Positions 1-11,310 are shown, numbered from the stretch's first letter. The stretch: 64,000 bases of DNA from an uncultured Actinomycetes bacterium (GCA_963819735.1 CAWFXC010000005.1:556460-620459), one strand, 5' to 3'. The notes: generated by a model not told the origin, from the sequence alone. A program made the numbers and translations.

Positions 1-551
1 GCAGCGGCTCGCACGCCATGGCCGTCGACACCAGCGCCGCGCTGGGCACCATCAGTTCGGTGCTGGCAGCCGGCAACGATCCCAACATCGACCTCGGGGT
101 GTCACCGATGCCCGCGCCGAGCGCGGGCGCCAAGGGCGGCGTACTGGTGAGCGGCGGTGCGATGTACATGGTGAACAAATCTTCGCCGGCGAAGCAGGCG
201 GCGGCGTGGGAGTACCTGAAGTTCCTCGACCAGCCTGACAGCCTCACCACGTGGGCCATCGGCACCGGCTACCTCCCGATCCGCAAGGCGTCGGCGAGCA
301 GCAGCGCGATGCAGGCCTACTGGAGCCAGAACCCCACCTACAAAGTGGCGTACGACCAATTGGTCAACGGTCCCAACAACGCGGCGACGGCGGGGTCGGT
401 GATCGGTGACTACACCGGCGTGCGCGACGCGGTGCGCGACGCCGAGAACACGATGTTCCTGCAGGGCAAGGCGCCGGCCGCGGCGTTGAAGGCCGCGTCG
501 CAGAACAGCACGGCCGCAATGGACGACTACAACACCCGCATCGGCAAGTGA
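1..551 (+). CDS. ABC transporter substrate-binding protein (extracellular solute-binding family), C-terminal fragment; 5' end lies outside the window
   Basis: The open frame runs from base 3 to the stop at 549-551. The C-terminal region (e.g. ...WEYLKFLDQPDS...GTGYLPI...) is typical of sugar-type periplasmic binding proteins. No stop is seen upstream within the window. Confidence 0.65.
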   Translation, partial: SGSHAMAVDTSAALGTISSVLAAGNDPNIDLGVSPMPAPSAGAKGGVLVSGGAMYMVNKSSPAKQAAAWEYLKFLDQPDSLTTWAIGTGYLPIRKASASSSAMQAYWSQNPTYKVAYDQLVNGPNNAATAGSVIGDYTGVRDAVRDAENTMFLQGKAPAAALKAASQNSTAAMDDYNTRIGK

Positions 552-561
552 TGCCGACGCG

Positions 562-1860
<1,299 letters not shown>

Positions 1861-1960
1861 GGGATCTCCTCCTCGTCAGCGCCACAGAGTACCCGGCGAC
1901 ACCCGGAGTTCCCCGAGACAGGGGCACGGTCGCGGCGGCGCGCTGGCGTACGGTGTCGCG

Positions 1961-3047
1961 GTGTCGGTCAGTGAACGCGACCTGTCGGAATCGGGCCCGA
2001 CCGCCGGGCGCGTCTCCGCACTGCGAGCGGCGTTCCCGTGGACGGGGGTGGTCGCGCCATGGCTGCTGTCCCGCGTGATCTCGATCGTGGTGCTCATGGT
2101 GGCGGTCAACGACCCGACCCGCGGCTCGCGCTTCGATCAGGTCGCGACGCTGCTGGGACGGTGCCTTCTACCTCGACATCGCGCGGAACGGCTACGGGCC
2201 GGTGGCGGTGCCGTTCCCGAAGTGGCCGTTCTTCCCCGGGCTCCCGGCCGTCATCCGGTTGCTGAGCGAGTTCGCCGACGACAAGACCGCCATCTTCGTG
2301 CTGAACCAACTGGTGTTCCTGGTGGCGTTGGCCGGCCTCTACCGCCTGGCTCGCCGCCACGGCACGCCGCGGGTCGCGTCACTCGCGGTGTGGTCGCTGG
2401 CGCTGTTCCCGGCATCGTTCGTGTTCTCGATGACGTACCCGTCGGCCATCTTCCTGGCCGCGTCGGTGTGGGGCTTCGTGCTGGTGGAGGACCACCTCGA
2501 CCTCGCCGCCGGCATCCTCGCCGCCGGCGCGGCGATGGTGCGGCCCAACGGGTTGGTCGTCGCGCTGGCGTTGATCGTGGCGGTGCGGTCGTGGCGGCGG
2601 GCACTGCTGGTCGCGGGGCCGGTGGTGATCGCGGTGGCCGCCTGGTGCTGGTACTGCGCCGACCGCACCGGGGACGCCTTCGTGTTCCTCACCACCAAGG
2701 CCCGCTGGCAGGAGATCACGCTCGTCGGGCTGTTCCAGGGCCACGTGAAGTGGTCGGTGCTGCCGCACCTGGTCCTCGCGTTCGCGGCGCTGGCCGTGCT
2801 CGTCGTGCAGCGGAAGCGGCTGCCGGTGGCGTGGCTGGTGTTCGCAGTGATCTACCTCATCCCGTCGTTGCAGCTGGGCATGGTGGGGGTGGGCCGCTAC
2901 GCCAACGAGTGCTTCCCACCCTTCGTGGCCGCGGGCCAGATCCTCGACCGATGGCCCCGGCGGGCCTACGTGGCCGCGCTGGGGTTGTCGACGGTCGGGC
3001 TCGTCCTGTTCGCGTTCGTCGCCGGCCGCTACGAACTGGTGCCCTAG
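1961..3047 (+). pseudogene. polytopic membrane protein, probable GT-C-type glycosyltransferase (mannosyltransferase-like); frame disrupted near 2150-2165
   Basis: The N-terminal part (VSVSERDL...VLMVAVNDPTRGSRFDQVATLL) is in frame 2. It continues in frame 0 as WDGAFYLDIARNGYGPVAVPFPKWPFFPGLP... to the stop at 3047. The two frames join cleanly with a 1-nt shift, and the product is multi-TM throughout. Confidence 0.45.
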
Positions 3048-3121
3048 CGCGCGGTGGTTTCGCGCCACGTGGTGTCGCGCGAGGCGCGGTCGCACGGCGT
3101 GCGGCCGCGCGGTGTGCGTTC

Positions 3122-3577
3122 ATGCAGGGCGGGCTCAACCAATTCCGGCCGACTGCCGATGAACGCGTCATGGATCTCATCGCTGCCACGGGAGTCCGTA
3201 CCCTGCCGATCGCCGCCGGCTTCCTCATCGGGATCGGCGCCTTCGCGGCCTGGATCTCCTGGATGGTGAAATCGACGCCGCCGGTCCGCACCGTCGGCAA
3301 GCTCCCGGCTCCGCTGCCGTTGCCGACGCCGATCCCGCTCTCGCCCGCCCGGCGCGCTTTGGTGTCGCCGCCGGTGGCCGATGTTGCGCCCGCGCCCGAG
3401 CCCACGATCGATCTCCGGGAGGACGATCGGGTCCACGTCGTGCGCGCCGGCGCGTTCTGCCCGGTGCAGGGAGCCTTCGGGGTCACGGCCACCGGCGCCG
3501 AGGTCGAGTGCACGAGCATCGCCGGGGCCCGGCCCCGCTGGCTCAAGCGCCGTCCGGTGTTCGCCGAGAGCGCCTGA
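3122..3577 (+). CDS. hypothetical membrane-anchored protein
   Basis: ATG at 3122 is in the frame of the stop at 3575-3577. The product has an N-terminal TM helix (LPIAAGFLIGIGAFAAWISWMV), a Pro-rich linker and a small C-terminal domain. Third-position codon bias fits high-GC coding. No family was recognised. Confidence 0.4.
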   Translation: MQGGLNQFRPTADERVMDLIAATGVRTLPIAAGFLIGIGAFAAWISWMVKSTPPVRTVGKLPAPLPLPTPIPLSPARRALVSPPVADVAPAPEPTIDLREDDRVHVVRAGAFCPVQGAFGVTATGAEVECTSIAGARPRWLKRRPVFAESA

Positions 3578-3578
3578 G

Positions 3579-4328
3579 CTACTCGAGCACGCTGTCGTCG
3601 AGGGGTGCCTCGGCCGGCCCGCACAGGGTGCCCGGGGCCGGGGTCATGAGCTCCTCGCGCCAACGGGTGGTCCACGTGCGGGCCAACTGGTGCCAGGCGG
3701 CGAACCGCGGATCGCCGTCGACCCCGGATGCCGACGCCACGCCGCGCGCGACGTCGCGCGCCTTGCCCGCCCGCACGTGGTCTTCGGCCTCGGTGGCCCA
3801 CACCGTGCACACCTCGTAGTCGTTCATCATGATCTCGTAGAGGCCCACCAACTCGTGGCCGTAGTCGGCCAGCAACGGGGCACGGACTTCGCGCACCGCG
3901 GCGAGGTAGTCGAGCGCGGAGCCCGGGACCACCTCGGTGAGCTCGTGCACGAACAGACTTCCTTGCACGCCGTCGGCGGCCAACGACGCCATGTTCGGGC
4001 AACCGGGGGCGGCGGCGAGCAAGCGGTCGAACCCGCCGGATCGGTACTCGTAGGCCGTCGTCCACCAGCCCTCGAGATGGGCGTTGGTCGTGCGCTTCAT
4101 GCCCAGCCGGTCGATCTTGCCGTACCAGCCCTCCCACCCGTCCGGGATCTCCCAGATGTTGATCACCTGCGGCCACCGACCGGTGATCCCCATCGTGTAC
4201 CAGGTGCCGAGGAGCTCGAAGTCGACCTTCTCGTGGCCGGCCTGGGCCTTGGCGTGCTCCATGTAGTTCCACTGGTGCTGGGCGCGGATGTCGATGATCT
4301 CGTGCAGGAACAGGTCACGGTCGGTCAC
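3579..4328 (-). CDS. hypothetical protein, possibly a tandem dimeric alpha/beta-barrel (NIPSNAP-like)
   Basis: Complete 249-aa ORF with non-degenerate composition and two internally similar halves. The family assignment is tentative. Confidence 0.55.
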   Translation of the reverse strand: MTDRDLFLHEIIDIRAQHQWNYMEHAKAQAGHEKVDFELLGTWYTMGITGRWPQVINIWEIPDGWEGWYGKIDRLGMKRTTNAHLEGWWTTAYEYRSGGFDRLLAAAPGCPNMASLAADGVQGSLFVHELTEVVPGSALDYLAAVREVRAPLLADYGHELVGLYEIMMNDYEVCTVWATEAEDHVRAGKARDVARGVASASGVDGDPRFAAWHQLARTWTTRWREELMTPAPGTLCGPAEAPLDDSVLE

Positions 4329-4332
4329 TTGG

Positions 4333-5073
4333 TCATCCGCCCATCAGGGTGTGCCACTGGTCGAGGCTGTGGATCCGGAACACGATGTTCCGCTCGCGCG
4401 TCACGCCCATCGTGGCCGACGGATCCTGCGAGTAGAGGTGACCGGGATAGAGGATCGTGGAGTCGGGCACGGTGGCGAGCCGCTGGGTGAGGCTCTCGTA
4501 CATCGCGTCGGGATCGGAGCCCGGGAGGTCGGTGCGCCCGCAGCCGTCGAGGAACAGCGTGTCGCCGGCGATGAGCTTGCCGGCCACCACGAAACACTGA
4601 CTGCCAGGGGTGTGCCCCGGGGTGTGCATCAACGTGATCGGGATCTCACCGACGTGTACGACGTCGCCACTGTTGTGCACCGTGAGATCGGAGTCGGACA
4701 CGCCGGTACCGCGCTTGACCCACTCGGCTTCGTCGCGTTGCACGTGGATGGGCGCGGCCATGCCGTCGATCGCGAGCAGTTCGCGCAGCCCCTCGATCGA
4801 GTAGCCCATGATGTCGCCGCCGCAGTGATCGGCGTGATAGTGCGTGGCGAGCACGCCGGTGAGGCGGAAGCCGTCGGCGTCGAGCAGCTCGACCAACTCC
4901 TGTACGCCATACGCGGGATCGACGGCGACGGCTTCGCCGGTCTCGCGGTCGCCTACGAGGTAGACGAAGTTCACCATCTGGCGCGCGATCGGGTCGTCGG
5001 TCGCGAAGTCGCGTCCGGCGAGGAGTTGACGGAAGTAGAGACGGTCGTTGTCGGTGTTCGCGGTCGTGCTCAT
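4333..5073 (-). CDS. MBL-fold metallo-hydrolase (hydroxyacylglutathione hydrolase-like)
   Basis: The THYHADHCGG metal-binding motif is present, in the C-terminal 246 aa of a 662-aa six-frame ORF. Its ATG overlaps the stop of the upstream ADH gene as ATGA at 5070-5073. Confidence 0.85.
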   Translation of the reverse strand: MSTTANTDNDRLYFRQLLAGRDFATDDPIARQMVNFVYLVGDRETGEAVAVDPAYGVQELVELLDADGFRLTGVLATHYHADHCGGDIMGYSIEGLRELLAIDGMAAPIHVQRDEAEWVKRGTGVSDSDLTVHNSGDVVHVGEIPITLMHTPGHTPGSQCFVVAGKLIAGDTLFLDGCGRTDLPGSDPDAMYESLTQRLATVPDSTILYPGHLYSQDPSATMGVTRERNIVFRIHSLDQWHTLMGG

Positions 5074-6311
5074 CGGAAGTCGAATGCCACCTTGATCGCG
5101 CCGGTGTCGCGTTGCTCGGCGATGGTTGTGAACGCGGCGCGCCAGTCGGCGAGCCGAAATGTGTGGGTGAGCATGGGCGCGATGTCGACGCGGCCGTCGG
5201 CCGCGAGGTCGAGGTAGTGCTGCAGCCCGTGCTTGCGCACGCCGTCGACCTCCTCGATGCCGAACGTGTTGGATCCGACGACGTTGACCTCGCGGAAGTA
5301 CCACGGCGACCACTCGAACCGGCCCGCGGCGTGAACGCCGCTCACCGCGAGGGTGGCGCGCGGCGCGAGCACCCGGAGCGCGACCTCGAGCGTGCCCGGC
5401 GAGCCGACGGTGTCGTAGGCGGCGTCGATGCGACCGGGGTGGGTGATCGGCAGACCCGCCCACGGCTTCAGGACGGTGGCCCCCGACCACTCGGCCAGCG
5501 CGACCACGAGCTCCTCGTCGGTCTGGTCGGCCGCGATCACGTGGGCGCCGAGCTTCCGCGCCAGCGCTTGTTGCGCGGGGTGCAGCACCACTGCGGCAAC
5601 GTCGACCGTCGGGTAGAGCGCGCCGAGGATCGCGACGGCCGAGGTGCCGAGCGCGCCGCCGCCCCACACCAGCGCGCGCCCACCGGCTGGCGGGGGATGT
5701 CGAGTGATTGAGTGGAGTGACACCGCGAACGGGTCGGCGAGCACCGCGACCTCGTCGGGGAGACCGTCGGGTACGGGGATCGCCTGCGACACGTGCGCGG
5801 GCATGAGGTCGGCGAACCCACCGGTGGCGTCGCTCGAGTTGCCGGTGTGGATGCCCGGCGCGAGCCGACCCCGGGTGAAGTTCCAGCACAACGAGAAGTC
5901 GCCGGCCGCGCACGCGGGGCACACCGGATCGATGCCGCGTGGTGCGCACGACAGCCAGCACTGCAGCACCACGCGGGTGCCGGGCTCGAGGTCGTGCACC
6001 GCGGGACCCACTTCGACGACGTCGGCCACCACCTCGTGCCCCAGTACCTGCGGGAAGGAGATGAACGCGGTCATCGAGAAGTCGGTGGCGTCGCCGCCCA
6101 TGTCCATGAACACCTGCTTGGCGTCGGAGCCGCAGATTCCGGTGAGCCGGGGCCGCAGCACGACCCAGTCGGGGGCGAGGATGGCCGGGTCGGGCAGGTC
6201 GCGCAGCGCCATCGGCGTGGCCGCCAGCCCGGCGAGGAGCGGGTTGGCGGACTGCGGCGCGGGTGCCGGCGGCGTGAACTTCGGGTCGTCGCCGAACACC
6301 AGGGCCTTCAC
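5070..6311 (-). CDS. zinc-dependent alcohol dehydrogenase family oxidoreductase (MDR)
   Basis: The 413-aa product has a GHE..G catalytic-zinc region and a GxGxxG Rossmann motif. Its stop overlaps the MBL start (ATGA) and its start overlaps the SDR stop (ATGA). Confidence 0.9.
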   Translation of the reverse strand: MKALVFGDDPKFTPPAPAPQSANPLLAGLAATPMALRDLPDPAILAPDWVVLRPRLTGICGSDAKQVFMDMGGDATDFSMTAFISFPQVLGHEVVADVVEVGPAVHDLEPGTRVVLQCWLSCAPRGIDPVCPACAAGDFSLCWNFTRGRLAPGIHTGNSSDATGGFADLMPAHVSQAIPVPDGLPDEVAVLADPFAVSLHSITRHPPPAGGRALVWGGGALGTSAVAILGALYPTVDVAAVVLHPAQQALARKLGAHVIAADQTDEELVVALAEWSGATVLKPWAGLPITHPGRIDAAYDTVGSPGTLEVALRVLAPRATLAVSGVHAAGRFEWSPWYFREVNVVGSNTFGIEEVDGVRKHGLQHYLDLAADGRVDIAPMLTHTFRLADWRAAFTTIAEQRDTGAIKVAFDFR

Positions 6312-7120
6312 GGTCGCTCATCCTCGCGCGCCGGACGGAGCCGGCCCATGAGGTCGAGGAACGCTTGGGGGTCGGTGGTCTTGCCGACCACGATGTCGTG
6401 CTGCGAGCCCATGCCGCCGGGGAGATCGGGTGGTGCGTAGAACTCGAAGCCCGTCGTGGTGATGGCGGCGACGATCGACGCCGCGCACTCGGCCGCGGGT
6501 ACGAGCGGACCGTCGTAGGCCGCGGCGTCGTTGCCGGGCTGATCCCATATTTCCGTATCGATCGGGCCGGGCAGCACCAACTTCACCTCGACGCCACTGC
6601 CGTGCAGGTCGATGGCCATGACCTCGCTCCAGCCGCAGAGCGCGAACTTGCTCGCGCAGTAGGACGCCTCCTGCGCGATCCCGATCCGGCCCCCGAGGCT
6701 GGCGACGTTGACGACGACACCCGACCGGCGCGCCAGCCACCGGGGAAGGAGCGCGAGCGTCATGCGCACCGGGGCGTGGAAGTTCACGTCCATCACGCGC
6801 GTCACGTCGACGCCGGTGAGCCGCGGTACCGGGATGCGTCCGGGCATGCCGGCGTTGTTGATCAGGCCGTCGACCCCGCCGAACGCGTCGGCGGCTTCGC
6901 GCGCGACGGCTTCGGCGCGATCGAGATCGGCGAGATCAGCGGTGAACGCGCGCGACGCAGGTGCGTGCACGCGGCACTTTTCGAGCACGGCGTCGAGCCG
7001 ATCGGCGCGTCGGGCGACGAGCCCGACGGTGGCGCCGCGCGCGGTGAGCATCGGGGCGAGTGCCGCACCGATGCCCGACGACGCGCCCGTGACCAGGAAG
7101 GTGGAACCTTTGATCCTCAC
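6308..7120 (-). CDS. SDR family oxidoreductase
   Basis: TGASSGIG glycine-rich NAD(P)-binding motif, NNAG, and the YxxxK catalytic dyad (YCASK). It is the first gene of the SDR-ADH-MBL coupled set. Confidence 0.9.
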   Translation of the reverse strand: MRIKGSTFLVTGASSGIGAALAPMLTARGATVGLVARRADRLDAVLEKCRVHAPASRAFTADLADLDRAEAVAREAADAFGGVDGLINNAGMPGRIPVPRLTGVDVTRVMDVNFHAPVRMTLALLPRWLARRSGVVVNVASLGGRIGIAQEASYCASKFALCGWSEVMAIDLHGSGVEVKLVLPGPIDTEIWDQPGNDAAAYDGPLVPAAECAASIVAAITTTGFEFYAPPDLPGGMGSQHDIVVGKTTDPQAFLDLMGRLRPAREDERP

Positions 7121-7190
7121 CCGAACCTGATCCTCACCCGAACTTGATCCTCACGCGATCATCCTCCGATCAGCTCGTGCGAGGTACCGC

Positions 7191-8003
7191 TCAGGCGACG
7201 ATGTCGACCGGAGTTCCGAGCGGGAGCTGCTTCGCCAGCATCGTGATCGCCGCGTTGTCCATGCGCACGCAGCCGTGGGTCGCGTCCTTGCCGAGCACCG
7301 ACGGATCGTTGTTGCCGTGGATGCCGATTTCGGCGTCGCCCCCCTCGAACGTGTCGAGCGCGTCGGAGTGACTCGACAGCCCGTAGGCATACGGCCCGTA
7401 GACCGTGGTGGGATCGGGCGCCTGGATCAGCACCCGGAGGTAGTAGGTGCCGGTCGGCGTGGGCGTGGGCTTGCTCGCGTCGGGGAGCGGCGGGTTGGTG
7501 GCCCCGACCGCGACCGGGCCCTGGTAGATCGGCTGGCCATGGTTGGTGACGGTGATCGTGTGGGCACCGAGGGCGACCACGATGTGGAACGTGTTCTGCG
7601 TGATGTCGACATCGGACGCCTTGACCCAACCGGTGCTGCCGTTCGGGCGCACCGGGAGCAGGACCTGCACCCACCCGTCCTGCTGCGACTGCACGAGGAA
7701 GACCTGCGCCACCTTCGACGTAGGCACCTGCGGATCGACGAGCCAGGGGTTGGGGAGCTGCTGCGCGGGCTGCAGTGACTGCGGCGTGGCGTAGATCCCG
7801 ACGGTGGTGACAGTGGGCTTCGCGGTGGCGATGAACGTGACGTACGGATTCGGCGCGACGGTCGTGGTCGGGGCCGGAGGCGCGGGGCTACCGGCCGGGG
7901 CGGCACTTCCGCCGCCACCCCCGCCACAACTCGCGAGCAGCAGCACGCACGTGCACACGATCGCGGCTGCGCCCGGCAGTGGGAGAAGACGGCTGCGACG
8001 CAC
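7191..8003 (-). CDS. L,D-transpeptidase (YkuD domain) lipoprotein
   Basis: The C-terminal YkuD catalytic region (...HGCVRMDNAAI...) is present. The GTG at 8003 gives MRRSRLLPLPGAAAIVCTCVLLLASCGGG, a lipoprotein signal with a lipobox. The longer ORF reaching 8633 would overlap alkA on the other strand. Confidence 0.8.
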   Translation of the reverse strand: MRRSRLLPLPGAAAIVCTCVLLLASCGGGGGGSAAPAGSPAPPAPTTTVAPNPYVTFIATAKPTVTTVGIYATPQSLQPAQQLPNPWLVDPQVPTSKVAQVFLVQSQQDGWVQVLLPVRPNGSTGWVKASDVDITQNTFHIVVALGAHTITVTNHGQPIYQGPVAVGATNPPLPDASKPTPTPTGTYYLRVLIQAPDPTTVYGPYAYGLSSHSDALDTFEGGDAEIGIHGNNDPSVLGKDATHGCVRMDNAAITMLAKQLPLGTPVDIVA

Positions 8004-8051
8004 CGCTCGGAGACTACCGGCCTGCTCCCGGCGGTAGCCGTCGGCGCTACG

Positions 8052-8684
8052 GTGCCCGACGTGGCGAATCGGGCAGATGTGGTCGAAGCGAGCGCGGAGC
8101 TGGCGCGCACGCAACCCGCGTTCCGGGCGATCGTGGAGTCGGCCGGTCCGGCCGGGCTGCGGCGGGCGCGCCCTCGCCACACGTACTTCTCGGAATTGGT
8201 GCGGGAGATCTGTTTCCAACAACTCGCGGGTGCCGCCGCGCGCACCATCCACGGACGGCTGGTGGCCGCGCTCGACGGCAACCCGACCCCCGAATCGGTG
8301 CTCGCGCTGCCCGTCGACCAGCTCCGGGCCGCGGGATTGTCGGCCAACAAGGCGGCGTCGATCCGTGACCTGTCCGACAAGGTGCTGGCCGGCGAGGTGC
8401 AGCTCGATCGGCTCAGCCGCTTGCCCGACGCCGAGATCGTCCGCGAGCTCACCCTGGTGAGGGGAATCGGGCGCTGGACCGCGGAGATGTTCCTCATGTT
8501 CCAGCTCGGGCGGCTCGACGTGTGGCCGGTCGACGACCTCGGCGTGCGCAAGGGGTACGCGCGTCTCTACGGCCTGGTGCCGCCGCCCACCGCGCGCGAG
8601 CTCGAACCGCTGGGCGACGCGTTCCGACCGCACCGTTCGATCGCGGCGTGGTACTGCTGGCGGGCGGCCGACACCCAGCTCTGA
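8052..8684 (+). CDS. alkA: DNA-3-methyladenine glycosylase II / HhH-GPD family base-excision repair protein
   Basis: Helix-hairpin-helix motif LTLVRGIGRWTAEMFLMF, followed by the catalytic Asp region (WPVDDLGVRKG). Confidence 0.85.
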   Translation: MPDVANRADVVEASAELARTQPAFRAIVESAGPAGLRRARPRHTYFSELVREICFQQLAGAAARTIHGRLVAALDGNPTPESVLALPVDQLRAAGLSANKAASIRDLSDKVLAGEVQLDRLSRLPDAEIVRELTLVRGIGRWTAEMFLMFQLGRLDVWPVDDLGVRKGYARLYGLVPPPTARELEPLGDAFRPHRSIAAWYCWRAADTQL

Positions 8685-8690
8685 CCAGAC

Positions 8691-9179
8691 TCAGCTCCGA
8701 TCGGAGCGGGCGCGCCACTGCTCGGCCATGGTGGCCGCGTGCTCGGTGAACTTCGGGAGCCCGAGGCGCAGGCGGCGCGCGTCGACCGCGGCGGGATCGT
8801 CGACCGGCCACGGCACCAGATCGCCGCGCTCGTCGAGCACGAACTGCGATCCGTAGAGCTGATCGCGCCCGTCGGCCATGCGGACCCGGTCGAGAAGGTA
8901 CGCCAGGTGCACGGGATCGGCGTCGCCGTACGCGACCGCGCCTTCGAGTGCCTCGAGGCAGCGCTTCTGCAGCCCGACGTCTTCGATCGCCCGTTGGGTG
9001 ACGAGCCACGCCGCGCGCGAGCCGTCGGCACCGACCAGCGCGTACCCCGGCCAGCACTCGTAGTCGTCGAGGATCTCCCAGAGGCGTTCCGCGTCGCGCG
9101 GATCGCGGGGTGCGTGGTCGGCCATCGCGAGCAGCTCGTCGCGGAGTGCGGGGTCACGAATTTCCCGGGAGCCGGGCAC
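8691..9179 (-). CDS. hypothetical protein
   Basis: Complete 162-aa ORF with balanced composition. It is divergent from the ABC-F gene. No family was recognised. Confidence 0.5.
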   Translation of the reverse strand: MPGSREIRDPALRDELLAMADHAPRDPRDAERLWEILDDYECWPGYALVGADGSRAAWLVTQRAIEDVGLQKRCLEALEGAVAYGDADPVHLAYLLDRVRMADGRDQLYGSQFVLDERGDLVPWPVDDPAAVDARRLRLGLPKFTEHAATMAEQWRARSDRS

Positions 9180-9269
9180 GAGCCGAGGATACGCTGACGC
9201 GGTGTAGCTGACGGTTCCGCTCGTGCCCGCCCACCCGGGTTCCTCCTCTCTTCCCCTCGGGATCGTCCT

Positions 9270-10955
9270 ATGCCGTCTGCCTCCGCCTCCTCGTCATCCG
9301 CTGGCTCGTTCTCGCTCGTCGCCCGCGATCTCGCGCTCGAGCGGGGCAGCTTCACCGTGCTCGACGGCGTCGACCTTGCCGTCGGCCCCCGCACCCGGCT
9401 CGGCGTCGTGGGGCCGAACGGCGTGGGCAAGACCACGTTGCTGCGTCTCCTCACCGGCGCGGTCGCGCCCGACCGTGGGAGTGTCGTCCGCACGCGCGCC
9501 ACCCTCCGGGTCGGCTACCTCCCGCAGGAACCCGACCGTGGCGACGAGACCCTGCTGGCGTTCCTGAGCCGCCGCACCGGGGTTGCCGCAGCCGAAGCCG
9601 AGCTCGAACGCGCCGCGGCTGCGCTGGGCGGTGACGGGAACGACGGCGGCCCTGATCCGGCGGACGTGTACGACGCCGCGCTCGACGACTTCCTCCGGGC
9701 CGGCGGCCCCGACCTCGACGCGCGCGCCCGCACGGTGTGTGCCGACCTCGGCTTGCCCGAAGCGTCGCTCGACGTCGCGACGGCGCGATTGTCGGGTGGG
9801 CAGGCGGCGCGCGCGTCGCTGGCCGCGATCCTGCTCAGCCGGTTCGACGTGTTCCTCCTCGACGAACCGACCAACGACCTCGACTTCGCGGGCCTGGCCC
9901 GGCTCGAGACGTTCCTGGACGAGTTGGCCGGCGGCGTGGTCATCGTGAGCCACGACCGCGCGTTCCTCGAACGCACCGTGCTCCGGGTGCTCGAGCTCGA
10001 CGAGCACACGCGACGCGGCACCGAGTTCGGGGGTGGATGGTCCGGCTACCTCGACGCGCGCGCGACGGCGCGCCGTCACGCGGAGGAGGACTACGAGTCG
10101 TACCGATCCGAACGCGATCGGCTGCAGTCGCGCGCGCGGACGCAACGGCAATGGTCGGTGCAGGGCGCGGCGAAGGCGAAGCGCGATCCCAACGAGAGGG
10201 ACAAGAACATCCGCCAGTTCAAGGTCGCGACCTCCGAGAAGGTGGCGGCGAAGGCCAAGGCGACCGAGCGCGCCATCGCCCGCCTCGACGCGGTAGAGAA
10301 GCCGTGGGAGGGCTGGGACCTGCGCTACCAACTGGCGGGCGCGCCGCGCAGCGGCGACGTCGTGATGCGCCTGCGCGGCGCGGTGCTGGAACGCGGCAGC
10401 TTCCGGCTCGGCCCCGTCGACCTCGAGATCGGCTGGGGGGAGCGGGTCGGGATCGTCGGGCCGAACGGGTCGGGGAAGACCACGTTGCTCCTGGCCCTGC
10501 TCGGCCGTCTGCCGCCGACGGCGGGGGAGCGGTGGATCGGCCCCGGCGTGGTGGTGGGGGAGATGGACCAGGCCCGCGAGGCGTTCGCCGGCAGTGGGAG
10601 CCTGCTCGACGGCTTCGTGCAGGCGACCGGCCTACTCGTGCCCGACGCCCGCTCGCTGCTGGCCAAGTTCGGCCTCGGCGCCGACCACGTGGTGCGCCCG
10701 AGCAGCACGCTCTCACCGGGTGAGCGGACCCGTGCGGTGCTCGCCCGCTTCGCCGCGCAGGGCGTGAACTGCCTGGTGCTCGACGAGCCGACCAACCATC
10801 TCGATCTGCCCGCCATCGAGCAGCTCGAGCAGGCGCTCGAGGGCTACGAGGGCACCTTGCTCGTGGTCACGCACGACCGCCGGTTGTTGGAGACGGTTCG
10901 GCTCACGCGCGCGATCGAGGCGACCGGCGCCGAGGTCGAGGTCAGCGCGCGGTGA
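9270..10955 (+). CDS. ABC-F family ATP-binding cassette protein (two tandem NBDs, no TMD)
   Basis: Two Walker A motifs (GPNGVGKTT and GPNGSGKTT), two LSGG/LSPGE signature motifs, and an inter-domain linker. Total length is 561 aa. Confidence 0.9.
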   Translation: MPSASASSSSAGSFSLVARDLALERGSFTVLDGVDLAVGPRTRLGVVGPNGVGKTTLLRLLTGAVAPDRGSVVRTRATLRVGYLPQEPDRGDETLLAFLSRRTGVAAAEAELERAAAALGGDGNDGGPDPADVYDAALDDFLRAGGPDLDARARTVCADLGLPEASLDVATARLSGGQAARASLAAILLSRFDVFLLDEPTNDLDFAGLARLETFLDELAGGVVIVSHDRAFLERTVLRVLELDEHTRRGTEFGGGWSGYLDARATARRHAEEDYESYRSERDRLQSRARTQRQWSVQGAAKAKRDPNERDKNIRQFKVATSEKVAAKAKATERAIARLDAVEKPWEGWDLRYQLAGAPRSGDVVMRLRGAVLERGSFRLGPVDLEIGWGERVGIVGPNGSGKTTLLLALLGRLPPTAGERWIGPGVVVGEMDQAREAFAGSGSLLDGFVQATGLLVPDARSLLAKFGLGADHVVRPSSTLSPGERTRAVLARFAAQGVNCLVLDEPTNHLDLPAIEQLEQALEGYEGTLLVVTHDRRLLETVRLTRAIEATGAEVEVSAR

Positions 10956-11310
10956 CGGTGGCGTCGTCGAGCACGATCTCGACGCGATCGTTGTAGAAGG
11001 ACATGAGGCCGGTGATCGCGACCATCTCGGGGATGGGATCGGCGTAGCTCCACACGAGATCGGAGTGCTGCTCGCCTTCGACCTCGAGCGTCCAGTAGGA
11101 CGCATCGCCCTTGAACGGGCAATTGGTGCTCGTGTCGGTGCCGACGAGCAGGTCGGTGCGGACGTGTTCGCGCGGGAAGTAGTAGCGGGGCGGGAGCGAG
11201 CCCTCGTGCAGGACGCGGGTCTGCGTGGACTCGGCCACGACGACGCCGCCGACCTTCACCCGGACGGTTCCGGGTACGTCGGTGACGGTGATGCGGTGGG
11301 CGCTGGTCAT
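10942..11310 (-). CDS. DUF427 domain-containing protein
   Basis: About 120 aa from the internal ATG (MTSAHRITV...) containing a YYFP motif. Its ATG overlaps the upstream stop as ATGA at 11307-11310. Confidence 0.7.
   Translation of the reverse strand: MTSAHRITVTDVPGTVRVKVGGVVVAESTQTRVLHEGSLPPRYYFPREHVRTDLLVGTDTSTNCPFKGDASYWTLEVEGEQHSDLVWSYADPIPEMVAITGLMSFYNDRVEIVLDDATVTAR

Noticed and set aside
4333-6321. 662-aa minus-strand ORF suggesting a single large protein
   Set aside because: Only its C-terminal 246 aa (MBL hydrolase) are real. The N-terminal 400 aa are the ADH gene read out of frame (Arg/Gly/Pro-rich). ADH is the separate in-frame ORF 5070..6311.
7191-8633. 480-aa ORF for the L,D-transpeptidase, and 374-aa ORF 7427..8551
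   Set aside because: The extension beyond 8003 runs antisense through alkA. A lipoprotein signal begins exactly at GTG 8003. ORF 7427..8551 is a Ser/Arg/Pro-rich artefact.
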